DNA from: the human T2T-CHM13v2.0 reference genome, Homo sapiens
Assembly: GCA_009914755.4 (NCBI GenBank)
Contig: CP068257.2
Coordinates: 6,048,001-6,112,000, forward strand
DNA: 64,000 nt
Direction: 5' to 3'
The notes under the pieces were generated by a model. The model was not told where the DNA came from. It was given only the letters and a program-made list of their open reading frames with translations, and did not search any database. Within the stretch, counting starts at the first letter, position 1. Every line of letters begins with the position of its first letter. A program made the translations under genes and the position numbers. Shown here in pieces: positions 48,674-64,000 of the stretch.

Positions 48674-51600
48674 GCCCATAGAATAGTTACATATCCTGGA
48701 TGATCAGTTCAGAATTATGTCACAATGTCCCCTCCCTGCGGAGCCTAGAGAAAATTTGCATCATTTGGGTGATCAGTGCAGAGATATATCACAATGTCCC
48801 CTGTACAAAAGGCCTGGAAATGATTTACATAACCTCGGTGTTCAGTGCATAGGTATGTCAGAAATCCCCAGTAGGCTGAACCTAGACAAGCGTTACAAAA
48901 CTGAGGTGATCAGTGCAGAGATATGTGAAAATTCCCGCGTAGACAGGGCCTAGACAAGTGTTACATCACCTAGGGATCAGTGCACGGATAAGTCATAAAG
49001 CCTCCTGTAGGTGGAGTGTAGACAAGTGTTTCCTCCCTGGGGTGGTCAGTGCAGAGATGTGTCACAAAGCCACTGTAAACAGAACCTTGACAAGGGTTAC
49101 ATCACCTGTTTGATCAGTGCAAATGTATATCACAAAGCCCCCTGTAGGCAAAGCGCAGACAATTGTTACATCACCTGGGTGAGCAGTGGAGAGATCTGTC
49201 ACAATGACCCTGTAGGCAGAGCTTAGACAAGGGTTACATCACCTGGGTGATCAGTGCAGAGATATGTCAAAACTCTCCTGTAGGCTGAACCTAGAAATGA
49301 GTTACATCAACTGGGTGATCAATGCAGAGATATGTGAGAATTCCCGTGTAGGCAGAGTCTAGACAAGTGTTACATCACCTAGGTTATCAGTGTAGGTATA
49401 ACTCATAAAGCCTCCTGTAGGCAGAGCATAGAGAAGAGTTCCCTCCCCAGAGTGATCAGTGCAGAGATGTGTCACAAAGCCCCTGTAGGCAGAGCCTGGA
49501 CAAGAGTTTCATCACATGGTTGATCACTTCAGAGATGTGTCACAATGTCCATGCAGGCAGATCTAAGACAAGAGTCCATCACCTGGGTGATCCATGCAGA
49601 GATATGTATCAATGTCCCCTGTAGGCAGTGCCTAGACAAGAGTTGCATCACCTCAGAGATCAGTGAGTAGATATGTCACAAAGCCTTCTGTAGGCAAAGC
49701 CCACTAAAGGCTTACATCACCTAGGTGATCAATGCAGTGATATGTCACAAAAATCTCTGTAGACAGAGACTAGACAAGAGTTACATCACCTGGGTGATCA
49801 TTGCAGAGATATGTCACAAATTCCCCTCTAGGCAGAGTATAGAGAAGAGTCCCATCACCTGGGTGATCAGTGCAGAGATATTTGACACAATGTCCCCATA
49901 GACAGAGCCTAGACAAGACATCCATCCACTGGGTGATCAGTGCAGAGATATGTCACAAATCCCCCTCTAGGCAGAGTATAGAGAAGAGTCCCATCACCTG
50001 GGTGATCAGTGCAGAGATATTTCACAATGCCCCCTGTAGGCACAGGGTAGACAAGAGTTACTTAACTTAGGTGATCTGTTCAGAGCTATGTAAAAACGTC
50101 CCAGTAGGCAGAGCCTAGATAAATGTTACATCACCTGGGTGATAAGTGCAGAGACACGTCACAATACACCCTGTAGGCGGAGCCTAGACAAGAGTTACAT
50201 CACTTGGGTGATCGGTGCAGAGATACGTCACAATACCCCCTGTAGGTGGAGGCTAGACAAGAGTTACATCACCTTGGTGATCAGTGCAGACATATGTCAC
50301 AAAGCCCCCTGTAAGCAGATCCCAGACAAGAGTTGCATCACCTCGGTGATCAGTGCAGAGATATGTCTCAATGACCCTGTCGGTGAAGCCTATAAAAGAG
50401 TTACATCATCTCGTTGATCAGTGTAGTTATATGTTAAAATGCTCCTGTAGGCAAAGCCTAGACCAGAGTTACATTACCTGGGTGATCAGAGCAGAGATAT
50501 CTCACAATACCCCCTGTAAGCAGAGCCTAGACAAGAGTTACATCACCTGGGTGATCAGTGCAGCTACATGTCATAAATTCCACTGTAGGCAAAGCCTAGA
50601 CATATTTTACATCACCTCAGCGATCAGTGCAGAGATATGTCCCAATATCCCTCTAGGCAGAGCTTAGACAAGAGTCACATCTCCTTGGTGATCAGTGCAG
50701 AGATAACTCAAAATGCCCCCATAGGCCGAACCTAGACAAGATTTACATAATCCGGGTGATCCGTGCAGAATGATGTCACAACGCACTCCTTAGGCAGAGA
50801 CTAGAAAAGAGTTACATCACCTGGGTGATCAGTGCAGAGATATGTCACAATGCCCCCTGTATGCAGAGCATAGAGAAGGGTTGTATCACCTGGGTGATCA
50901 GTGCAGAGATATGTCACAATGTCCCCTGTAGGCAAAGCCTAGGCAAGAGTTACATCACCTTTGTCATCAGTTCAGGGATATGTGAAAACGCCCCTGTTGG
51001 CAGAGCGTAGAGAAGAGTTACATCACCTTTGTCATCAGCTCAGGGATATGTGAAAACGCCACTGTAGGCAGAGCCTAGACAAGAGTTACATCACCTAGTT
51101 GATCAGTGCAGAGATGTTTCACAATACCCCTGTAGGCAAATCCTAGACAAGAGTTGAATCACCTGGGTGATCAATCCAGATATATTTCCCAATGCCTCCT
51201 TTGGGCAGAGGGTAGACAAGAGTTACATCACCTAGGTGATCAGTGCAAAGACTTTTCAAAATTCCCTGTAAGCAGTGGTTATAAAAGTGTTACATCACAT
51301 AAGTGATCAGTGCAGAGATATGTCACAAAGCTCCTGTAGGCAGAACTTAGATGAGTTACATCACCTGGGTGATCAGTACAAAGGTATGTCACGAAGCCCT
51401 CTGTAGGCAATGCCTAGACAATAGTTACATCACTTGGGTGATCAATGACGAGATCTCTCACAATTCTCCTGTAGACAGAGTTTATACAACTGTTACGTCA
51501 CCTGGGTGATCAGTGCAGAGATATGTCACAGTGCCCCCACAGGCAGATCCAAGACAAGAGTCCGTCACCAGCGTGATCAGTGCAAAAATATGTCACAATG

Positions 51601-54600
51601 CCCACTTAGGCAGAGCCTAGACAAAAGCGCCATCACCTACATGATCTGTGCAGAGTTATGTCACAAAGTCCCTTTAGGCAGATCCTAGACAAGAGTTACA
51701 TCACTAGGATGATCAGTGCAGTGATATGTCACAATGCCGCTGTAGGCAGAGCCTAGACAAGAGTTACATGACCTAGGTGATCAGTTCTGAGGTACATCGC
51801 AATGTCCCTGTAGGCAGAGCCTTGACAAGTGGTACAACACCTGGGTGATCATTGCAGGGATATGTCAAAAAGCACCCTGTAGGCAGATCATAGAAAAGAG
51901 TTACATCATCTGGGTGATCAGTGCAGAGATATGTCACAAACCCCCTGTAGGCAGAGCCTAGAAAAGAGTTATATCACCTGGGTGATCAGTGCAGTGATAT
52001 GTCACAATGCCATGTAGCCTGAGCCTATACTAAATTTATAGCACCTGGGAGATCAGTGCAGAGATATGTCACAATGTCCCCAGTAGGCAGAGACCAGGCA
52101 AGAGTTGGATCACCTCAGGATAAGTGCAGAGATATGTCTCAATCGCCCTGTGGGCACAGCCTAGACAAGAGTTACATCACCTCGTTTAACAGTGCAGAGA
52201 TATGTTAAAATGCCCCTATAGGCAGAGCCTACACTAGAGTTACATCACTTAGGTATTCAGTGCAGAGACATGTCACAATACCCCCTGTAAGCAGAGCCTA
52301 GACAAGGGTTACATCACCTGGGTGATCAGTGCAGAGATATGTCACTATGCCCCCATAGGCAGATCCAAGAATAGAGTCCATCACCTGGGTGATGAGTGCA
52401 GAAATATGCCACAATGCCGCCAGTAGGCAGATATAGACAAGAGTTACATCACCTGCGTGATCACTGCAGAGATACGTCACAATGCCCCTGTAGGCAGAGC
52501 CTAGACAAGAGTCCCATCACCTGGGTGTCCAGTGCAGAGTTATGTCACAATGCCCCCTTTTGGCAGAGCCTAGACAAGGTTTACATCACCTGGGTGATCA
52601 GTGCAGAGATGTGGAAAAAGTGCCCTGTAGCCAGAGTCTAGACAAGGTTTACATCAGCTGTGTGATCAGTGCAGTGAGATGTCACAATGTCCCTGTAGCC
52701 ATATCCTTGAGAAAAGTGACATCACCTGGGTGATCAGTGTGGAGATATGTCACAATGTCTCCAGTAGGCAGAGCCTAGAAAAGGGTTACAGCACCTGGGT
52801 GATCAGGGCAGGGATATGTCACAATGCCCCCTGTAAGCAGATCCCAGAGAAGAGCTGAATCACCTCGGTGATCAGTGCAGAGATATGTCTCAATGCCCCT
52901 GTCGGCGAAGCCTGTACAAGAGTTACATCATCTCGGTCATCAGTGCAGTGATACGTTAAAATGCCCCCATAGGCAGAGCCTAGAAAAGAGTTATATCTCC
53001 TGGTTGATCAGTGCAGAGATATCTCGCAATACCCCCTGTAAGCAGAGCCTAGACAAGAGGTACATCACCAGGGTGATCAGTGCAGAGATATGTCATAAAT
53101 CCCACTGTAGGCAAATCCTAGACAAGTTTTACATCACCTCAGCGATCAGTGCAGAGATATGTCCCAATGTCCCTCTAGGCAGAGCTTAGACAAGAGTCAC
53201 ATCTCCTGGGCGATCAGTGCAGAGATAAGTCACAAAGTCCCCGTAGGCAGAGCCTAGACAAGAGTTACATAACCGGGGTGATCCGTGCAGAGTGATGTCA
53301 CAACGCCCTCTGTAGGCAGAGACTAGAAAATTGTTAAATCACCTGGGTGATCAGTGCAGAGATATATCACAATGCCTCCTGTAGGCAGAGCATAGAGAAG
53401 AGTTGCATCACCTGGGTAATCAGTGCAGACATATGTCTCAATGTCCCCTGTAGGTAGAGCATAGAGAAGAGTTGCATCACCTGAGTGATCAGTGCAGAGA
53501 TATGTCACAATGTCCCCTGTAGGCACAGCCTAGGCAAGAGTTGCATCACCTGGGTGATCAGTGCAGATGTATGTCACAATGTGCACTGTAGGAAAAGCCT
53601 AGGCAAGAGTTACATCACCTTTGTCATCAGTTCAGAGATATGTGAAAACGCCCCTGTAGGCAGAGCCTAGACAAGAGTTACACCACCTAGTTGATCATTT
53701 CAGAGATATTTCACAATAGCCCCTGTACGAATATCCTAGACAACTGTTGAATCACCTGGTTAATTTATGCAGATATATTTCACAGTGCCCCCTTTGGGCA
53801 GAGGGTAGAAAAGAGTTACATCACCTAGGTGATCATTGCAGAGATTTGTCAAAATTCCCTGTAGGCAGTTCTTATAACAGTGTTACATCACCTAATTGAT
53901 CAGTGCAGAGATATGTCACAAAGATCCTGCAGGGAGAAATTAGATGAGTTACATCACCTGGGTTATCTGTGCAAAGGTATGTCACAAAGCCCCTGTAGGC
54001 AAAGCCTAGACAATAGTTATATCACTTGGGTGATCAGAGGCGAGATCTCTCGCAATTCCCCTGTAGGCAGAGCTTTTACTACAGTTACATCACCTGGGTG
54101 ATCACTGCAGAAATATGTCAGAATTCCCCATTGGCAGATCCAAGACAAGAGTCCTTCACCTGGGTGATCAGTGCAGAAGTATGTCACAATGCCCCCTTAG
54201 GCAGAGCCTATACAACAGCCCCATCACCTGATTGATTAGTGCAGATTTATGTCACAAAGTCCCTTTAGGCAGATCCTAGACAAGATTTACATCACCTGGG
54301 TGATCAGTGCAGAGATATGTCACAATGCCAGTGTAGGCAGAGCATAGACAAGAGTTACATGACCTAGGTGATCAGTACTGAGATACATCGCAATGCCGCT
54401 GTAGGAAGAGCCTTGACAAGTGGTATATCACCTTGGTGATCATTGCTGGGATATGTCACAAAGCACCCTGTAGGCAGATCCCAGAGAAGAGTTATATCAC
54501 CTGGGTGATCAGTGCAGAGATATGTGACAAAGCCCCTTTAAGCGGAGCCTAGACAAGTGTTACATCTCCTGGGTGATCAGTGTAAAGATATGTCACAAAG

Positions 54601-57600
54601 CCCCCTGTAGACAAATCCCGGAAAATTGTTACATCACCTTGGTGATCAGCGGAGATATCTGACACAATTCCCCTTTAGGCACAGCTTATACAAGCGTTAC
54701 ATCACAAGAGTGATCAGTGCAGAGATATGTCACTATGCCCCCATAGGCAGATCCAAGACAAGAGCCCATCACCTGCGTGATCAGTGCAGAAATATGTCAT
54801 AATGCCACCAGTAGGCAGATATAGAAAAGAGTTACATCACCTGCGTGATCACTGCAGAGATATGTCACAATACCCCTCTAGGCAGAGCCTAGACAAGAGT
54901 CCCATCACCTGGGTGATCAGTGCAGAGTTATGTCACAATGATGTCCCCTTTTGGCAGAGCCTAGACAAGGGTTACATCACCTGGGTGATAAGTGCAGAGA
55001 TGTGTCACAAGCCCCTCCAGCCAGAGATTAGACAAGGGTTACATCAGCTGTGTGATAAGTGCAGTAACATGTCACAATGTCCCTGTAGCCATATCCTTGA
55101 CAAAAGTGACATCACCTGGGTGATCACTGTGGAGATATGTCACAATGTCTCTAGTAGGCAGAGCCTATACAACAGTTACCTCACTTGGGAGATCAGGGCA
55201 GATATACGTCACAATGCCCCCTGTAAGAAGATCCCAGACAAGAGTGGCATCACCTCAGTGATCAGTGGAGAGACATGTCACAATGCTCACTGTCGGTGAA
55301 GCCTATACAAGAGTTACATCATCTCGGTGATCAGTGAAGTGATATGATAAAATGCCCCTGTACGCAGAGCCTAGACAAGAGTTACATGACCTAGGTGGTC
55401 AGTGCAGAGATACGTCTCAATGTCCCAGTAGGCAGAGCCTTGACAAGTGGTACATTACCTGGGTGATCATTGCAGGGATATGTCACAAAGCATCCTACAG
55501 GCAGATCCTAGATAAGAGTTACATCACCTGGGTGATCAGTGCAGAGATATGTCACAATGCCACTGTAGGCAGAGCCTAGACAAGAGTTACATGACCTAGG
55601 TGATAAGTGCAGAGATACATCGCAATGCCCCTGTAGGCAGAGCCTTGACAAGTGGTATATCACCTGGGTGATCATTGCAGGGATATGTCATAAAGCACCC
55701 TGTAGGCAGATCCTAGAGAAGAATTATATCACCTGGGTGATCAGTGCAGTGATAAGTCACAATGCCATGTAGCCAGAGCCTGGAATAAAGTTACAGCACA
55801 TGGGAGATCAGTGCAGAGATATGTCACAATGTCCTCAGTAGGCAGAGACCAGGCAAGATTTGGATCACCTCGGCTTCAGTGCAGAGATATGTCTCAATCC
55901 TCCTGTGGGCACAGCGTAGACAAGTTACATCACCTCGGTTAACAGTGCAGAGATATGTCAAAATGCCCCTGTAGGTAGAGCCTACACAAGTGTTACATCA
56001 CTTAGCTGATCAGTGCAGAGATATGTCACAATACCACCTGTAAGCAGAGCCCAGACAAGTGTTATATAACCTGGCTGATCGGTGCAGAGATATGTGACAA
56101 GGCCCCTTTAGGCAGAGCCTAGACAATAGTTACATCACCTGAGTGATCATTGCAGACGTCTGTCACAATGCCCCTTTAGGCAGAGCTTAGACTAGAGTTA
56201 CATCACCTGGGTGATCAGTGCAGAGATATGTCACAATGCCCCCATAGGCAAATCCAAGACAAGAGTCTGTCACCTGGGTGATCAGTGCAGAAATATGTGA
56301 CAATGCCCCCAGGAGGCAGAGCCTAGAGAGGAGTCCCATCACGTGGGTGATCAAGGTAGAGATATTTCACAATGCCCCTGCAGGCAGAGCATAAACAAGA
56401 GTTACACCACCAAGATGATCGGTGCAGAGATATGTCACAAGGCCCCATATAGGCAGAGCCTGGACAAGAGTTACATCACCTTGGTGATCAATGAAGTGAT
56501 ATGTCTCTATGCCCCGTAGGCAGAGCCTAGTCAAGCGTTTTATTACCTGGGTGATCAGTGCAGATATATGTCACAAAGCCCCAATACACAGAACCTAGAC
56601 AAGAGCCCCTCACCTGGTTGATCAGTGCAGAGATATGTCGCAATACCCCCTGTAGGTGGAGCCTAGACAAGAGTTACATCACCTGGGTAATCAGTGCAGA
56701 GATATTTCACAATGCCCCCTTTGGGCAGAGGGTAGACAAGAGTTACATCACCTAGGTGATCAGTGCAGAGATTTGTCGAAATTCCCTGTAGGCAGTGCTT
56801 ATAAAAGTGTTACATAACCTAAGTGATCAGTGCAGAGATATGTCACAAAGCTCCAGTAGGCTGAGCTTAGATGAGTTACATCACCTGGGTGATCAGCGCA
56901 AAGGTATGTCACAAAGCCCCTTGTAGGCAAAGCCTAGACAATAGTTACATCACTTGGGTGATCAGTGGCGAGATCTCTCACAATTCCCCTGTAGGCAGAG
57001 CTTATACAACAGTTCCATCACCTGGGTGATCAGTGTAGAGATATGTCACAATGTCCCCATAGGCAGATCCAAGACAAGAGTCCATCACGTGTGTGGTCAG
57101 TGCAGAAATACGCCACAATGCCACCAGTAGGCAGATATAGACAAGAGTTACATCACCTGCGTTATCACTGCAGAGATATGTCACAATGTCCCTGTAGGCA
57201 GAGCCTAGACAAGTGTCCCAACACCTGTCTGATCAGTGCCGAGTTATGTCACAATGCCCCTTTTGGCTCAGCCTAGACAAGGATTACATCACCTGGGTGA
57301 TCAGTGCAGAGATGTGTCACAAGCCCCTGTAGCCAGAGCCTTGACAAGAGTTACATCAGCTGTGTGATCAGTGCAATGACATGTCACAATGTCCCTGTAG
57401 CCATATCCTTGCCAAAATGACATAACCTGGGTGATAGCCTAGACAAAAGCCCCATCACCTGGATGATCAGTGCAGAGTTATGTCACAAAGTCCCTTTAGG
57501 GAGATCCTAGACAAGTGTTACATCACTTGGATGATCAGTGCAGAGATATGTCACAATGCCATTGTAGGCAGAGGCTAGACAAGAGTTACATGACCTAGGT

Positions 57601-59117
57601 GATCAGTGTAGAAATACATCGTAATGTCCCTGTAGGCAGAGCCTTGGCAAGTTGTACATCACCTGTGTGATCATTGCAGGGATATGTCACAAAGCACCGT
57701 GTAGGCAGATCCTAGAAAAGAGTTACATCACCTGGGTGATCAGTGCAGAGATATGTCAAAATGCCTCTGTAGGCAGAGCCTAGAAAAGAGTTATATGACC
57801 TAGGTGATCAGTGCAGAGATATGTCAAAATGCCTCTGTAGGCAGAGCCTAGACAAGAGTTATATGACCTAGGTGATCAGTGCAGAGATACATCACAATGC
57901 CCCTGTAGGCAGAGCCTTGACAAGTGGTATATCACCTGGGTGATCATTGCAGGGGTGTCACAAAGCACCCTGTAGGCAGATCCTAGAGAAGAGTTATATC
58001 ACCTGGGTGCTCAGTGCAGAGATATGTCACAAGCCCCCTGTAGGCAGAGCATAGAAAAGAGTTATATCACCTGGGTGATCAGTGCAGTGATATGTCAGAT
58101 TGCCATGTAGCCAGATCCTAGACTAAAGTTACAGCACCTGGGAGATCAGTGCAGAGACATGTCACAATGTCCCCAGTAGGCAGAGACCAGGCAAGAGGTA
58201 GATCACCTCGGGATCAGAGCAGAGATATGTCTCAATCCTCCTGTGGGCACAGCTTAGGCAAGAGATACATCACCTCGGTTAACAGTGCAGGGATATGTCA
58301 AAATTCCCCTGTAGGGAGATCCTACACAAGTGTTACATCACTTAGGTGATCAGTGCAGAGATATGTCACAATACCCCCTGTAAATAGAGCCTAGACAAGA
58401 GTTACATAACCTGGGTGACCAGTGCAGAAATCTCTCACAATGCCCCTTTAGGCATAGCTCAGACCAGAGTTACATCACGTGGGTGATCAGTGCAGAGATA
58501 TGTCACAATGCCCCCATAGGCAAATCCAAGACAATAGTCCGTCACCTGGGTAATCAGGGCAGGCATGTGTGACAATACCCCCAGTAAGCAGAGCCTAGAG
58601 AAGGGTCCCATCACCTGGGTGATCAGTGCAGGGATATTTCACAATGCCCCTGCTGGCAGAGCGTAAGCAAGAGTTACATCTCCAAGATGATCAGTGCAGA
58701 GATATGTCACAAGGTCCCTTATACGCAGAGCCTGGACAAGAGTTACATCATCGCGGTGATCATTGCAGTGATATTTCAGTATACCCCGTAGGCAGAGCCT
58801 AGTCAAGCGTTACATCACTTGGGTGATCAGTGCAGAGATATGTCACAAAGCCCCCATACACAGAGCCTAGAAAGGAGTCCCAACACCTGGGTGATCAGTG
58901 CAGAAATATGTCACAATGCCACCATAGGCAGATCCAACACAAGAGTTACATCACCTGGTTGATCATTGTAGAGTTATGTCACAATGCCCCCATAGGCAGA
59001 GCCTAGACAAAAGTCCCATCACCTGGGTGATCCGTGCAGAGATATGTCACAAAGCCCCTGTAGGCAGAGCTTAGACAAGTGTTAAGTCACTTTGTTGATC
59101 AGTTCAGAGATGGGTCA

Positions 59118-59118
<1 letters not shown>
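48673..59118 (-). repeat. Beta-satellite block, orientation B, 10.4 kb. It is the longest block and contains extra higher-order iterations.
   Basis: 50353-50667 resembles 52875-53189 and 50825-51010 resembles 53485-53670, about 2.5-2.7 kb apart at ~80% identity. The flanks are the same as in the other blocks. Confidence 0.85.
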
Positions 59119-61913
<2,795 letters not shown>

Positions 61914-61914
<1 letters not shown>

Positions 61915-64000
61915 AGCCTGGAGAATAGTTACATCTCCTGGATGTTCAGTTCAGAAATATGTCACAATGCCCCCTCCCTGCAGACCGTAGAGAAGATTTG
62001 CATCATTTGGGTGATCAGTGCAGAGATATATCACAATGTCCCCTGTACAAAAAGCCTGGGAATGATTTACATCACCTCGGTGATCAGTGCATAGTTATGT
62101 CAGAAATCCCCAGTAGGCTGAACCTAGACAGGGGTTACATCACTTAGGTGATCAGTGTAGAGATATGTGAAAATTCCCGTGTAGACAGAGCCTAGACAAG
62201 TGTTAGATAACCTAGTGATCAGTGCAGGGGTAATTCGTGAAGCCTCCTTTAGGCAGAGTGTAGACAAGTGTTTCCTCCCTGGAGTGATCAGTGCAGAGAT
62301 ATGTCACAAAGCCCCTGTAAGCAGAACCTTGACAAGGGTGACATCACCTGTTTGATCAGTGGAAATGTATATCACGAAGCCCCCTGTAGGCAAAGCCCAG
62401 ACAATGGTTACATCGCCTGGGTGAGCAGTGGAGAGATGTGTCACAATGCCCCTGTAGGCAGAGTTAAGACAAGGGTTACATCTCCTGGATGATCAGTGCA
62501 AAGATATGTCCAAACGCTCCAGTAGGCTGAACCTAGACAGGCGTTACATCACCCGGGTGATCAGTGCAGAGATATGTGAGAATTCCCGTGTAGGCAGAGC
62601 CTAGACAAGTGTTACATCACCTAGGTAATCAGTGCAGGTATACGTCATAAAGCCTCCTGTAGGCAAGGCGTAGACAAGAGTTCCCTCCCCAGGTTGATCA
62701 GTGCAGACATGTGTCACAAAGCCCCTGTAGCAGATCCTAGACAAGAGTTTCATCACTTGGTTGATCAGTTCAGAGATGTGTCACAATGTCCATATAGGCA
62801 GAACTAAGAGAAGATTCCATCACGTGGGTGATCAATGCAGAGATATCTACCAATGCACCTGTAGGCTGTGCCTCGACAAGAGTGGCATCACCTCAGAGAT
62901 CATTGCATAGATATGTCACAAAGCCTTCTGTAGGCAAAGTCCATACAAGGTTTACAACACCTAGGTAATCAGTGCAGTGATATGTCTAAAAATCCCTATA
63001 GACAGAGCCTAGAAAAGAGTAACATCACCTGGATGATCAGTACAGATATTTGACACAATGCGCCCATAGACAGAGCTTAGAAAAGAGTTACATCACATCG
63101 GTGATCAGTGCAGATATTTGACACAATGCCCCCATAGACAGAGCCTAGACAAGACTTCCATCACCTGGGTGATCAGTGCAGAGATATGTCACAAATCGCC
63201 CTTTTGGCAGAGTATAGAGAAGAGTCCCATCACCTGGGTGATCAGTGCAGAGATATTTCACAATGCCCCCTGTAGGCAGAGAGTGGACAAGAGTTACATA
63301 ACCTAGGTGATCTGTGCAGAGCTGTGTCAAAAAGCCCCTGTAGGCTGAGCCTAGATAAATGTTACATCACCTGGGTGATCAGTGCAGAGATACGTCACAA
63401 TACACCCTGTAGGTGTAGCCTAGACAAGAGTTACATCACCTGGGTGATCAGTGCAGTGATATGTCACAATACCCCCTGTAGGTGTAGCCTAGACAAGAAT
63501 TACATCACCTGGGTGATCAGTACAGAAATATGTCACAAAGCCTCTGTAGGCAGAGCCTAAGCAGGAGTTACATCACCTGGGTGATCAGTGCAGAAATATG
63601 TCACAAAACCCCTGTAGGCCGAGCCTAGACAAGAGTTACATCTCCTGGGTGATCAGTGCAAAGATATGTCACAAAGCCCCCTGTAGACAAATCCCAGAAA
63701 ATCGTTACATCTCCTGGCAGATCAGTGGAGGTATCTGTCACAATTCCCCTTTAGGCGCAGCTTAGACAAGCATTACATCACATGAGTGATCAGTGCAGAG
63801 ATATGTCACTACGCCCCCGTAGGCAGATCCAAGAGAAGATTCCATCACCTGGGTGATCAGTGCAGAAATATGCCACAATGCCACCAGTAGGCAGATATAG
63901 ACAAGAGTGACATCACCTGCGTGATCACTGCAGAGATATGTCACAATGCCCCTGTAGGCAGAGCCTAGACAAATGTCCCATCACCTGGGTGATCAGTGCT
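61914..64000 (-). repeat. Beta-satellite block, orientation B, running to the end of the window.
   Basis: Conserved 3' flank, then the same higher-order pattern as 48673-50700. Confidence 0.85.

Overview
This window is not prokaryotic or mobile-element-rich DNA; it is primate (human-type) heterochromatic satellite sequence. About two thirds of it (~42 kb) is beta-satellite: roughly 68-bp, GATC-containing tandem monomers of the Sau3A family, about 620 monomers with ~80-90% mutual identity, arranged in ordered higher-order patterns. Nine GC-rich, CpG-rich D4Z4-like elements (the '3.3-kb repeat' family) are embedded in it at roughly regular intervals. Eight are ~2.5-2.8 kb long and one is a 0.45-kb fragment. 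Each carries a DUX4-like double-homeobox reading frame, recognised from [26 protein letters not shown], the two homeodomain helices ([14 protein letters not shown] and [17 protein letters not shown]) and the C-terminal [52 protein letters not shown]. Every copy is a pseudogene. Each has its own lesions: an in-frame homeobox-1 deletion, an ATG>TTG start, premature stops, frameshifts or a lost stop codon. Copies differ from one another by roughly 10-20%. Each element sits at the same position within conserved flanking beta-satellite sequence, so the real repeat is a composite of D4Z4-like element plus beta-satellite. This matches the LSau/beta-satellite composite organisation known from acrocentric short arms and 4q/10q-type regions. 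The composite changes orientation three times, at about 16.5 kb, 25.7 kb and 33.96 kb. Segments 1-16.5k and 25.7k-33.96k carry A-oriented beta-satellite and minus-strand DUX4L copies; segments 16.97k-25.7k and 33.96k-64k carry B-oriented beta-satellite and plus-strand copies. Two of the breakpoints fall in or next to DUX4L homeobox 2, and the 33.96k breakpoint is the centre of a large diverged palindrome. I see no genuine protein-coding genes, tRNA or rRNA genes, CRISPR arrays or defence systems. The many ORFs in the six-frame track are artefacts of satellite periodicity or of GC-rich sequence that is poor in stop codons. The most interesting signals are structural: inversion junctions, a single-homeodomain deletion variant, and the fixed-flank composite unit with variable satellite expansion.
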